Assembly (NCBI RefSeq): GCF_006345805.1
Contig: NC_042997.1
Span: 133,920,001 to 133,984,000, forward strand
Source: Octopus sinensis
Lineage: Eukaryota
Reading direction: 5' to 3'
Length of the DNA: 64,000 bases
The notes below the pieces were generated by a model that saw only the letters and a list, made by a program, of their open reading frames with translations, had not been told where the DNA came from and made no database searches. A program made the translations under genes and the position numbers. Each line of letters starts with the position of its first letter. Within the stretch, counting starts at the first letter, position 1. Positions 1-13,683 of this stretch are shown piece by piece.

Positions 1-780
1 CGGTTCGGCAAAAGAGACCGATAGAATAAGCACTAGGCTTACAAAGAATAAGTCCTGGGGGCGATTTGCTTGACTAAAGGCGGTGCTCCAGCTTGGCCAC
101 AATCACATGACTGAAACAAGTAAAAGAGTAAAAGAGTCTTTCTCGAAAACATGTCAGGTCACAAATAAATATTACCTTGGTTGGAAATAGGGTTGGCAAC
201 AGGAAGACCATCCACTTGTTAAAAAAAAATAAATCTACCTCAACAAATTCCCTCTGATCCAAGCATGGAAAAAAATGAACATTGAAACAAGGATGAGGAA
301 GAGAATGATGGTTGTGACGGTGATTGTTTGTATGCGAATACTTATCGCTGCACAAGGGTGTTAATTGCATGTATATACACCATCGTCGTTGTCCAGAGAA
401 ATTACTGCTCCTCTAAACTGTTACTGACCCTATCTTACAAGATGCTTTTGTAACCAAAAGTGGAGTGCTGTTTGCACAATTGGGGTTAGTAGCAGATACA
501 CAGCAACCATTCCGATTGTAAAACTCTCCCATCCCACCCCTAATGTTCATTTGACTGGTTAGTATCATTTCATTCAGGGACACTCTACAACCATAGGCAC
601 ACTAATATACTTACGTGTCCACTTTCTCACTTCTTTGTCATTTCTATAATGATTCCTAAACACCTGAAGTAATTAGTATATACTCCTCTTACTCAAGCTC
701 ACTGAGTTACTTTATCTCAATACACATACACACCCTAATTAGGTCCTTTGCTCAATTTGTTCACGAACTGTAACTATCTC

Positions 781-1255
781 CTTTTCTGATGCCTCATCCT
801 TCTTTCTCTCTCGTCATCCCTCTTCCTCTTTGTTTTCAGTCTCTAGTATTCTCTCCCCCACTCTGTAATCTACTCCCTTTCTCTCTCTTCTCCTCTTCCC
901 CATCTCTCTCTTCTCTTCTCCCCTATCTCTCTCTTCTCTTCTCCCCTATCTCTCTCTTCTCTTCTCCCCTATCTCTCTCTTCTCTTCTCCCCTATCTCTC
1001 TCTCCTCTTCTCCCCTATCTCTCTCTCTTCTCCTCTTCCCCATCTCTCTCTTCACTTCTCCCCTGTCTCTCTTTCTCCTCTTCTCCCCTGTCTCTCTCTT
1101 CTCTTCTCCCCTACCTCTCTTCTCTTCTCCCCTCTCTCTTCTCTTCTCTTCTCTCTCTTCTTTCTCTCTCTCCGTCTTTCATATTTTCTCTTTTTTGACT
1201 CATGTATTCTCATATACTATTCTCTCACTCTGTATTCCCCACTTTCTCTCTATAG

Positions 1256-1300
<45 letters not shown>
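781..1300. repeat. CT-rich polypyrimidine minisatellite ending in (CT)n
   Basis: Repeated ctctcttctcttctcccctatctct-type units; source of the spurious 789-1334 ORF. Confidence 0.9.
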
Positions 1301-1301
<1 letters not shown>

Positions 1302-1543
1302 TACACTGGAATTTGGGGTATTAGCTGCACTTAACTAGGAAGTCTTGCAGACTCTTATAAGTCCTCCTCCCTTCACCGCTCTTTGTCTGCCAAGCTAAAT
1401 AAGGAGCAGGTGCAAATTTGGATTTTATTGAATTATCTGTGAATTCAGAATCTATTGTCTGTGAAAACTCTAGTATCAAGTCGTGCTATTGTAGGGTGAT
1501 GTTGCATAACAAACCAATCTTTTCACTGTTTCTATATTCCTAG

Positions 1544-1728
1544 GCACCACATTAGACCAATCCTTCAAACCAGACAAACCAAAGAAAACGAAACCAGAAA
1601 TAGGAGATCCTTCCCTCGTGTCTCCATTTGCAAACCCTGTTAAAACGAAAGCAGCACTCCAAGCGGCAATGCAGACATCATGTTTTCCTGATGGCCTTGT
1701 AGTTCATATTAACAGAAGTCTAACAAAG
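1544..1728 (+). CDS. TGFBR3: Exon a: linker and start of ZP-N ([61 protein letters not shown])
   Basis: Acceptor ttcctag|G, donor AAG|gtaaat; contains ZP Cys1 ([11 protein letters not shown]) and an NRS sequon. Confidence 0.85.
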
Positions 1729-4700
1729 GTAAATAATGTCAACGTTATAAATTTTGATTTTTCAGGCTCTTTAATTAATTTCATTGTTAGAAACAAAAGA
1801 GAATTGTGGCTGTTGTGGCTTTCCAACCACATGGTCCTGGATTCTGTCCCACTGTGTGGCACCTTGGACAAGAGTTTTCTTCTATAGCCTCAGGCCGACC
1901 AAAACCGTGTGAGTGAACTTGGTAAACAAAGACTGAAAGAATTCTGTCATATGTGTCGGCGCAGAAGTGGCTGTGTGGTAAGTAGCTTGTTTACCAACCA
2001 CATGGTTCCGGGTTCAGTCCCACTGTGTGGCACCTTGGGCAAGTGTATTCTACTATAGCCTCGGGCCGACCAAAGCCTTGTGAGTGGATTTGGTAGACAG
2101 AAACTGAAAGAAGCCTGTCGTATATATGTATATATATGTATGTGCGTGTATGTTTGTGTGTCTGTGTTTGTCCCCCTAGCATTGCTTGACAATCGATGCT
2201 GGTGTGTTTATGTCCCCGTCACTTAGTGGTTCGGCATAAGAGACCGATAGAATAAGTACTGGGCTTACAAAGAATAAGTCCCGGGGTCGAGTTGCTCAAT
2301 TAAAGGCGGTGCTCCAGCATGGCCGCAGTCAAAATGACTGAAACAAGTAAAAAGAAAAAAGAAATATATTTTGTGTGTGTGTTTGTCCTCCACCACGAAT
2401 TGACAATCAGGGTTGCTGTGTTTATGTATCTGTAACTTAGCAGTTTGGCAATAAGAGACATAGAATAAGTACCAGTCTTAAAAAAAATAAGCACCGGGGT
2501 CAATTTGTTCAACTAAAAGTCAGCCCCAGCATGGTCACAGTCTAAATACTAAAAGAAGTTAAAGATAAAAAGCTATGTTCTGTGGCTATTTGTCTCAACC
2601 TGTTAGAAATAGCAACAAAATCTCCTCAGATCGCAAGAATAAAGGTGGCAAGCTGGCAGAATTGTTAGTGTGTCGGACAAGATGTTCAGTAGCTTTTCTT
2701 GCAGTGTTTCTGTGTTCAAATTTCACTGAAATCAACTTTGCTTTTCAACCTTTTGGGGTCAATAGAATAAGGTACCAGTTAGGTACTGCAGTCGATGTAA
2801 TTGACTAAAACCATCATCCTCGGATTACTGGCCTTGTGTCAAATTTTGAAATGATATTAAAGCTAAATAAAATCATGGCCATCCATACATACAAGCATAT
2901 CCTTCATGGTCATGCCTCTGACTCCCTTTCTCAGCTGAGAGGTCCTTGTCTTGTGAGTTCGCAGGTGTTGGTGCCATATAAAAAGCATTCATGCCAGTGC
3001 CACATATATAGCAGCTATGGCAGTAGCATGCATAAAGCACCTGCACTGGTGCCATGTAGTAGCACTGGTGCTGGTACTATGTAAAAACAACCAGTACACT
3101 CTAAAGTGGTTGGTATTAGGAAGGACATCCAGCCATAGAAACAATGCCAAAACAGACGATTGGGGAATTTCAACCATGTTTCGTGGTCTGCTACCACAAC
3201 AGCTCCTTTATAGGATCTAGCTAGCTCAAGACATCATCAGGAGGAACCATGTCCGGTTTCGACCCCTACTCCTCTACCGTTTTGACGTGCCCCCCCCCCT
3301 CCTTTCGGAGGTGTCTTCAGCTCTGGTGTTGGATGTATGTCTTCTTTCTTCTGTTCCCTGGCCTCTTCGATGTAGCGTCAACAAATGCCAGTGGGCGACT
3401 GACTATCTTGTCAAATTTCCCTTTAAATACCTGCTGCTAGGCTCCAGCAGGCAGCCCCAGCAAGTTGTCACGTGACACTGTCTCAACTTTAACTGACCAA
3501 TGAAGGCGCATAGTCTTAGCCCACGCATTCTCTAAACGACCGTCACCTGTCAGTCAGTGAAGCTAATTCAGTGTCTGCCTGTCTCACCTAGTGATGTTAT
3601 TTTCCTGCCAGCATGTTATGACTTTCAAGCCATTTTTGGTCTTCCTGCTTCAGCCATATATAGAAGCTAGCTTTTTCGACTGCCTCCTGTACTCTCCTTA
3701 TTAATTTTCTCAGCTCCGAGCTAGAAAAGACAAATCTTCTTTTGAATAGCGTTGTCATTTTTCTTTCAATGAAGCCCCTAGCCCCCACTGCCAGGTGGTA
3801 ATACTCGACATTCCATCCATGTTCTCTGCACTCTTCGATTAGTTTTTCATATCTCTTCTCCTTTCGTTTCTTTACAAAAAAAAAAAAAAGAAAGAAGAGA
3901 ACCTGGTGCAGCTCTCTGGCTGGCCAGCTCTTGTCAAACCTTCCAACCCATGCCAGCATAGAAAACCGACATTAAATGATGATGGTGATTAAAACAAAGG
4001 ATGAACACATTGGGATAATATTACCATGGATATACAAAATGTATGATAGCCTTGGCTGGAATGCTTCTGATATTACTGCTTCTTGATCAGGGCTGGTTGT
4101 TAGCTAGACAACAGCAGACATCTGATAACAATTAAAGATAGAATCAAGCGAATATAGTCTAGTTGTCAATATTGGAAAAATTTTTTCATGTCTAAAAAGA
4201 TTAGGTTAATAGTTTAAAGAATTATAATCTCATCAAGAATCGGTAAATATTTCTACTTCAAACTTGATAAGAATTAAATGGTAGTATTTCGTTTTGGTTT
4301 TAATTTTTTTAATTTCTTTAAAAAAATTATTTATTTCTTTTTAATTAAAAAAAAATTATTAATTTATTTACATGTGACTTCTAATTTATGTGTGACTTCT
4401 GAGTTTAAATACTTGACACCTGTTACACCTTTGCAATATCTTTTTGTGCCAGAACAAAATAAAAACAAATATTTGATTTTTAACCCTTCTGACTTGTAAG
4501 AGATGAGTAGTAAAGCAAGAAGGCCTATAAAGAATTCACTGTTGTTCCTCCCAAGAATGTAGTAGAAGCAAATGGAAAGAACCAGATTTTGGTGATTTAG
4601 CATATGCTACTGTTACAAATCTAATAATAATGATGTTTACATTATCAATATGAATATGTGTAGGTGTGGCTGTGTGGTAAGTAGCTTGCTTACGAACCAC

Positions 4701-5459
4701 ATGATTCCGGGTTCAGTCCCACTGCGTGGCACATTGGGCAAGTGTCTTCTACTATAGCCTTGGGCTGACCAAAGCCTTGTGAGTGGTTTTGGTAAACTGA
4801 AATAAGCCCATCGTATATATGTATATATATATGTATGTGTATGTATGTGTGTCTGTGTTTGTCCCCCTCCCAACATCACTTGACCACCGATCTTGGTGTG
4901 TTTACATCCCTGTACTTTAGCAGTTCGGCAAAAGAGTCTGATAGAATAAGTACTAGGCTTACAAAGAATAAGTTCTGGGGTCGATTCGTTGAACTAAAGG
5001 CGGTGCTCCAGCATGGCCACAGTCAAATGACTGAAACAAGTAAAAGTGAGAGAGAGAGAGAGTAAAGAGAGTATTGGTGTGTTTTGTTTATATTTGAATA
5101 ACATTGTAGGGTAGCTGTGAGTGGTTGGATGTGGTCGGTCGTAACAAGAGAGTTAAAATATTTGGGCTGGATTAAATGCTAAAGGGTTAAACAAATTCTC
5201 CTTTTTCGAATAATGGAATTATGACTGGAATTCCTATCAGACAAAACCTTCACCCAAGTTTTTTGTATGACTGATCTGGAAATTTCAACAACAAGGCGCA
5301 GGAGTGGCTGTGTGGTAAGTAGCTTGCTAACCAACCACATGGTTCTGGGTTCAGTCCCACTGCGTGGCATCTTGGGCAAGTGTCTTCTGCTATAGCCCTG
5401 GGCCGACCAATGCCTTGTGAGTGGATTTGGTAGACGGAAACTGAAAGAAGCCTGTCGTA

Positions 5460-5500
<41 letters not shown>

Positions 5501-5966
5501 ATGTGTTTGTGTGTCTGTGTTTGTCCCCCTAGCATTGCTTGACAACCGATGCTGGTGTGTTTACGTTCCCGTCACTTAGCGGTTCGGCAAAAAGTGACTG
5601 ATAGAATAAGTACTGGGCTTACAAAGAATAAGTCCCGGGGTCGATTTGCTCGACTAAAGGCGGTGCTCCAGAATGGCCGCAATCAAATGACTGAAACAAG
5701 TAAAAGAGTAAAAGAGAGTAAAAGAGTAAGGTGACTTCAAGCCAATGAAAGAAGACCTTTGTATGAAATCTCAACCTGCTAGATATACTACTGAAATTTC
5801 TCTGAATCACACACTAACATTTTGAATAAAGAAGGAAGTTTAATGTTTATATCTTACCACATTTTATTTCTATTTTCTTGTGAATTTTAAGTAAACACCT
5901 GCACTTTATGTAAACCTTTCTTTGTAATATTCCTTTTTGTTCATTGTGCCTGTGGCACATAAAAGA

Positions 5967-6010
<44 letters not shown>

Positions 6011-6609
6011 TAACAACAACAACAGCAAGAGCACTCAGAGAGTGCAAGCCTCCACTAATGCAACACCGATGTCCTCACAACAATTAACCGGAGATGATTT
6101 TTAAAATGAGAATATTTATAATAAAAGCAACTGCTTTCACAAACGAGAATACTAAAAGTGAACCCGATCACTCTTAAGCGGAAAAATAATCCAAATACCT
6201 TGTCTGGTACCTGGTAGATTACAATGGGAATCATGGAATGTGCAAGTGGGTGTGCAGGCCGTATTTCTAATGGCGTGTGTGTGTGTGTGTGTCGTCTGGG
6301 TAATGAAAATATTTGCATGACTTGCGCGCATACATGTCGATAAGTCTTTGGGAGTCGCTATGTACAAGTTTTGGAAACACTGGTTGAAATGCAACGCGAA
6401 GAAACATAATTGCACATAAAAATTATAATTGTAATGAAATGCATACTGTATCGTGGTCTTAAATTCCAGTCCTCCTTTAGTAGTCCTGTTGTTTTAGATC
6501 AACGTATAGAATTATGTATATGTGTAAGTATACTTTAAAGTGTTAAAATGTATGTATAAACCTCCTAATACAAGAATGAGCATTGTCTTTGTATATATAT
6601 TCGTGTGCG

Positions 6610-6641
<32 letters not shown>

Positions 6642-6733
6642 TATATATATATATATATACATATTGTATACTCTCCCTATATATATATATATGTATATAT
6701 TTATATGTATATATGTATATATTTGTATGTATG

Positions 6734-6764
<31 letters not shown>

Positions 6765-6782
6765 TATATTTGTGTGTATATA

Positions 6783-6813
<31 letters not shown>

Positions 6814-9102
6814 TTGAATGTATGTATATATATATTATGTATATATTTCCATGTATGTATATATATATATTTATAAGAATTTTTTGTATAATGAGATAAA
6901 AAAGCCAAGACTGTGTAGATATTAGAATATTGATAGATAGAAGGTCTAACAGCTGCTTCCTGGATATTTATTAATAATATCCCTTCCTCGGAGGTGGTGT
7001 GAGAGGATGGTTAAGTAATTGTTAGTTTAGATAGGATACAAAATAGTGAGGTGGGGGAAAGAAAATGGATGTGAGATATGTAGGGATATTGAATTTGTAA
7101 TCCATTTTTTTAGGCAGAATGGTATATATGTAAGATTCCAATACCCTATGAGAAAAATCCAACAGTAGTTAAAATTGTTTATTCTAAGTATAGAGTTTAT
7201 ACACAATGTAAGATTCCAATACCTTATGAGTAAGATCTTACTCATCCCTGAAAGTTTCATCCAAATCCATCCAGCTGTTCTTGAGAGATCTTGTCCACGG
7301 ACCAACAAGCAAACGGACAAACATGACTGAAAACATTACCTCCTTCACTAAGGCAGCGGTAACAATAATCTTTTCTACTATAAGCACAAGGGCTGAAATT
7401 TGAGAGCAGGGGCTAGTTGATTACATCGACTCCAGTGTTTCACTGGTGCTTAGTTTATTGACTCCAAAAGGATGAAAGGCAAAGTCGACCTCAAAGGAAT
7501 TTGAACTCAAAATGTAAAGACAGACAAAATGCTGCTAAGCATTTTACCTAGTGCGCTAAAGATTCTGACTGTTCACTGCCATAGTAGTAGTAGTAGTGTG
7601 GAGGCGCTATGACCCAGTGGTTAGGGCTGCGGACTCGCAGTCTCGATTCGTAGACCGAGCTTTGTGTGTGTTTATTGAGTGAAAACACCTAAAGCTCCAC
7701 GTGGCTCCGGCAGGGAGTGGTGGTGACCCCTGTTGTACTCTTTCACCCCTACTTTCTCTCACTCTTTCTTCCTGTTTATTTGATAATGCTGCGATAGCCT
7801 GGCATCCCGTGCAGCTGGGGGGAACACATACGCCACAGAAACCGGGAAACCGGGCCCATGAGCCTGGCTAGGCTTGAAAAGGGTGCATAAATAAATAAAT
7901 AAAGTAGTATTAGTAGTAGTAGTAGTAATATTAATTGTTTCAAATTTTGGTTCAAGGCTAGAAATTTTGGGGAATGTATAATAAGTCAATTACATTGACT
8001 TCAGTATTCAGCTGGTACTTATTTTATCGACCCTGGAAAGATGAAAGGCAAAGTCGACCTTGATGGAATTTGAGCTCACAATGTGAAGTCAGATGAAATA
8101 GCGCTAAGCATTTTAGCTGGCATGCTAATAATTTTTCCAGCTCACCACGGTAGTAATAATTAATAATCCTTTTGTACTAAAGGCACACAAGGCCTGAAAT
8201 TTGTGGGGAGGGGACTAGTTGATTACATTGGCTCCCAGTGTTTCACTGGTACTTATTTTATTAACCCCCGAAATTATGAAAGGCGAAGTCAGCCTTGGCG
8301 GAATTTGAACCTAGAATGTAAGGATGGAAGAAATGCTGCTAAGCATTGTGTCCGGCTTGCTAATGATTCTGCTTGCTCACTACCATAATAATAATAATGA
8401 TGATGATGATGATGATGACAACGATGACAATGAGATGAAGGCGAACAACAACAACATATATACTATATAAAGAAATAAAATCTGGTTCTTTTAAAATGAA
8501 AATTAAAAATTTGCACTACTGCAATTGAGACTATCCAAAAAGTCGCATGATGTCTTTCTTGAGAATTTTGTAACCTTTTATCTCATTACCAAGACTTGAG
8601 TTAACATATGATGCATGCAAATATTAAATTTATATTGCTTTTGCAATAATAAACAGTTTATTTTCTTTCCCAAATAGTCTTTTTTTTAAAATTTATTTTG
8701 GCTCTGTGTTTGTGTTTATGCATATGTGTTTGGAAGGGTGAGAGTATGTGTGTGGTAATTTACTTTGATCTTTAATTTATTTATTTAGTAGTTTTAAAAG
8801 AAAATTTTTTTTCCTCTTTCTTGGTATTATTTCTTTAGATGTATGGTTTGAAACACGATCAGATCACACTGGATGACCCAATCTGCCGTGCCGAGAAGAT
8901 CAACAACTATTTTGTGTTGAGATCCAGCTACAGTGACTGTCAGACCATTCCTCATAAAAGTTCTCCACTTAAATATTCTAATAAGGTAAGACTATCATCT
9001 TCTACTGTGTGTGTGTGTGTGTATACACACACACACACATACACACATACATACATATATACACACACATATATATAGGTGGATGTTAAATGATGATGAT
9101 GT

Positions 9103-9164
<62 letters not shown>

Positions 9165-9435
9165 ATACATGTATATGAATATATATTTGTGTGTGTGTGT
9201 GTATGTATATATACATGTATGTATCATTGTCATTATCATCTTCCATGCTAGTGTATATATATTTGTATATATATCTGTAGGTTTGTGTCATCTGAATGTG
9301 GTTGATGTCAGACCCCCAACCTTCCCGGCCCCGACTGGTGGCATGTAAAAGAATCAGCTGAATGTGGCTAATGCTGGTGCATGTAAAGGAGAGGTTGGCA
9401 TTAGGAAGGACATCCATCTGTAGAACCTTGCATAC

Positions 9436-9491
<56 letters not shown>

Positions 9492-12400
9492 ACATAAAGG
9501 AGGCAGTCAGAATTTTGGATAATTCTTTATTAATGCTTTCGTTTATCGAATTCTTCAACCCAAAATCAAAATGTACACCAAAAAGAAAATGGAGAGGATA
9601 CAAAAAAGACATAGATCAGCCTGTAGACATTCTATTGTATCTGTTTATTCCAAAAGAAAAGGGAGTATTATAAGAATACATACACATGCGAAGACTGTGT
9701 GCTACACAAATATATACTAGTAATACATAAAAGAGTAAAAGATTAAAAGATCAGTTCCTTACACGCATGGCCATCTAATCATATATACCAGCACTTAGCA
9801 ATCAAATTGCACCCTACTAATTGAGCAGAATAATAACAATATGGAACACTATCCAATGGATTAAATTATCAATTTATAAATATAAACCTTTATTTTCAAT
9901 TGGATAATTGAGTATAATACAGTGTAATTTACTAAAGCTAAACTGCCTAATACATGAGAATCCATAAATGTCTACACTCCATATCTGGCACATTTACCTG
10001 AATAAAACACCTCCTATTTGCATCTCCGTTTGATATTTCCTCTTCCCTTGGACCTAAATTAAATATCCAAATACAGAATCAATCAATTAATTATTTAATT
10101 TATTAAGCTGGAAATACTTGGGTTACCCCCCTTTATATGTACACTGATTTACCGTTAGATGTGTGTGTGTGTATGTGTGTAAAGTTAATCCAAACAAGAA
10201 AGCACAAAAAAACACAACGCGAGGATGTGGAACAAATATAATATTATTGGACGCTCAGGAAAGAAGGAGGGTTTAACGTTTCGAGCGGAGCTCTTCGTCG
10301 AAAACATAGGAGAAGGAAAGATTCAGAGAAGGGAAGGTAGAGGAAAAAAAATCGCCGACACACGGTTACGTATGTATGTATATATATAGGTAAACAGTAA
10401 AAATAATTACAGACATGGACAAGAACATGAAACACCACAGAGACGACACAAGAACCACAGGACGGGACATTCGAAGCCCTCAGTCATCAGTCAAGAACCA
10501 GATCATCTTAGCAATTTCGGCTGATTAATCTTGAGATTGCTCCGATATGGCCAGCCAGCCAAGGGAAATCTAAGCCAAGCGCATTAGATCCCCTGGAAGA
10601 AAGCTTCGAATGTATACAACGCGAGGACGGAAAACGAACGAAGTACATAAACAAAAATACAGAATACGTGACACCAATAAGAATACAAAAACGTAAAAAC
10701 AATAACGGTAAAAATAAAAATAAAAAATAATAAACAACAAAACAAAAATACCTGTAAACATTTTTCTTCAAACTACTACCCCACTTAAATTAAACACTGA
10801 ATTAAACACTTAATTAAATAATTTAACACAGTGCTATCCACTTAATACTTTATATCCATCATTCTATATTTTACTTGTATAGGTTTTAGCAATAAATAAC
10901 TATAACTCAGATAATTGATCCAGTCCATTCCATTCAGAAAATCCTCCTTAATAAGCCTTCCGACAAAAATAAATCCTCTGTCTTTCTCCTATATTATGTT
11001 TAACAATATAGCTGATTCCCCTGATTGATATTTTACATTTTTATTTTATATTTTATACGTTTGCATTAATCTATTTTTTCTTATGCTGTCCTTTATTATC
11101 ACATCCCCTTAGTCATATTGCTTTAGTTATCATACTCACTCGCATACGCATTTATTTATTTACTTGTCTAAATTTAATTTAATTCAATCTAATCTAGTTT
11201 GAATGCTATTTTGCTCTCCTACCTGCCCATAGTGGCCGCAGTGTTTTTATCCATTTATTCTTTAATTTAGTTATTTACTTATTTATTTATCTGATTTGTT
11301 TTTGTGTTATCTGTTAACAAACTGGAACCGCGTCAACTTTACAAACTGGAACCGCGTCATACTTTACAAAAAAAATAGCTGACCCGTTAGGTTGCAGGAC
11401 TGACCATCACCACTGCACACAAGGATTCAGAGACTTGTTGATCAAAAAAATTACAAACACGAATACCGTACTTTGGTCATAAACACTACACACAAAGATT
11501 CAGGGATTTGTTGATCAAAAAAATAATGAACATGAACACCGTACTTTGGTTACCACCTGGTGCCATACTTCTTTAGTACCAACTGACATATATATACACT
11601 TCCACCTCGGAAACACAGATCATACTTTCAAACCATACTTCCAAACCCACCACTGTAAACACAAACATAACGTGTATTCATAAGTAAACAAAATAGGAAC
11701 CACTGCTTAAATTTACCCTTCCTAAAAAAACTCATCCTTAGAATGAATATATCTACCTGCCCACCACTGGACAAAATAGCATGAATTTTGGAAGGCAACA
11801 CTTGAAGTCTATGACTTATTTCTCTTTCCTATACCTAATCCATTTCACTAAATTTTACACCTCCCACACTCTAAGTCTGGATCCTATTCTTCTTATGTCC
11901 TCTTCAATATCAAAAATATACTGTACCTATTAGTAACTGATTCTTGTATGTATCGGCTCTCCTAAACATTTAGATCCTCTGATGAAGCCTAGAGGCACAC
12001 ACAACATCCAAACTCTATCTAACCATCCCTACAGAACACTGAAGTGATGGAGCTAGCATGGAGGATATTGTGGCCTCTTGGCAGAAATGGCCATAAGGAA
12101 CTGATCTTTTAATCTTTTACTCTTTTATGTATTACTAGTATCCACTGTGCTTGAGGAGACCTATTGAGTCAAGTACATGAACATCGAAATAAATATCAAT
12201 GGAAATAGTAGTTGTGATACCTGTGCCAGTGGTGCATAAAAAGCACCATCCGAACGTGGCCGATGCCAGCGCCGCCTCGACTGGCTTCTGTGCCGGTGGC
12301 ACGTAAAAAGTACCATCTGAACGTGGCCGATGCCAGCGCCACCGTGACTGGCTTCCGTGACACGTTAAAAGCACCAACCGATCGTGGCCGCTGCCAGACT

Positions 12401-12892
12401 CCCCTGGCACGTAAAAAGGTCCCACTACATTCACGGAGTGGTTGGCGTTAGGAAGGGCATCCAGCTGTAGAAACACTGCCAGATCAGTCTGGAGCCTGGT
12501 GCAGCCTCCTGGCTTCCCAGACCTGGTTGAACCGTCCAACCCGTGCTAGCGCGGAAAACGGTCGTTAAACGATGATGATGATTTGTGTAGCATGTGTATG
12601 TATTCTTATAATACTCCCTTTTGTTTTGGAATAAACAGACACAATAGAACGTCTACAGGCTGATGTATGTCATTTTTGTATCCCCTCCATTTTCTTTTTG
12701 CTATTTAAATTAAGGGTAAACCACTTTTTACCCCCGCCCATATATGACATTCGATTAAGTAAATTGCCACCCAATAATCAGCAGTTGGGTATTAATAATT
12801 GGGCACACTACCAGCATTATATTGGATAGGTACTATCCCTTAGTTGGTTGGCTTCCCAACCTCTAAATCTCATGGAAATATACATATAATAC

Positions 12893-12926
<34 letters not shown>

Positions 12927-13627
12927 GTAATATGTGTGTGTATAAACACACACATATATGGTCGAGGGGGCGTATTTCAACACATCTTTATTGCACTTTG
13001 ACTATTACCAACTCCCTTCACCTCAGTAGACCCCCCCAGTTTGGTCTATTGAACATGTTTAACTTCTGAACTATCAGGTTGCCTTGTGTATTGACATCAG
13101 TTTGTTAATTCATTTGCTTGAATGAGCAACTACCTACGGCTCTATCATCTCAGATCTCCGCAGGATTCTGTGTTGCGTAATAGCATTCTGTTTACCAGTC
13201 TGAGTCTCAGACATATTTCACACGAGGTGAGTTCATTCCTAGCTTCTTGCTTCAGTGGAACTTGTGCTGTGGGGTTGAATATCAAATTTTTGGTACCGGG
13301 GTAAGTTCTCTCTCTCTCCGTGTCTGTGTATTTGTACAAGTTTATTTAGTTGCGTCTGTACATGTGCATATGTATGCATGTGTGTCTGTGGAAGGAGGCA
13401 TATGTATGGCCATAGGAATATACATATGATATAGTTCTAAGTTTCATTGATAGATGTGGGTCAGTTGATTTATGAAATTAATGTTGAGTTTTGATGTTTG
13501 ATAAAAAAATGTGTTTTTAATGACTAATTCTTCTGTCTCTGGTGCACTGAGCTGGGCATATCTGATGTAATATGAACGAGGCTATAAATGTAAAGTTAGA
13601 ACATGCCAGTAAATAAATAAAGAAATC

Positions 13628-13683
<56 letters not shown>

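Noticed and set aside
789-1334. 181-aa Leu/Ser/Pro ORF
   Set aside because: Translation of a CT minisatellite; no splice or homology support.
3231-3330. Minus-strand ctgaagac...cctccgaaaggagg...gtcgaaaccggac, a possible fourth hammerhead family downstream of the HERO fragment
   Set aside because: Stem I and stem II cannot be paired consistently and U16.1 is missing; it may be a decayed motif but is unsupported from one copy.
11965-12005. ctgatgaagcctagaggc hammerhead-like start
   Set aside because: No GAAA and no stem I partner after stem II.
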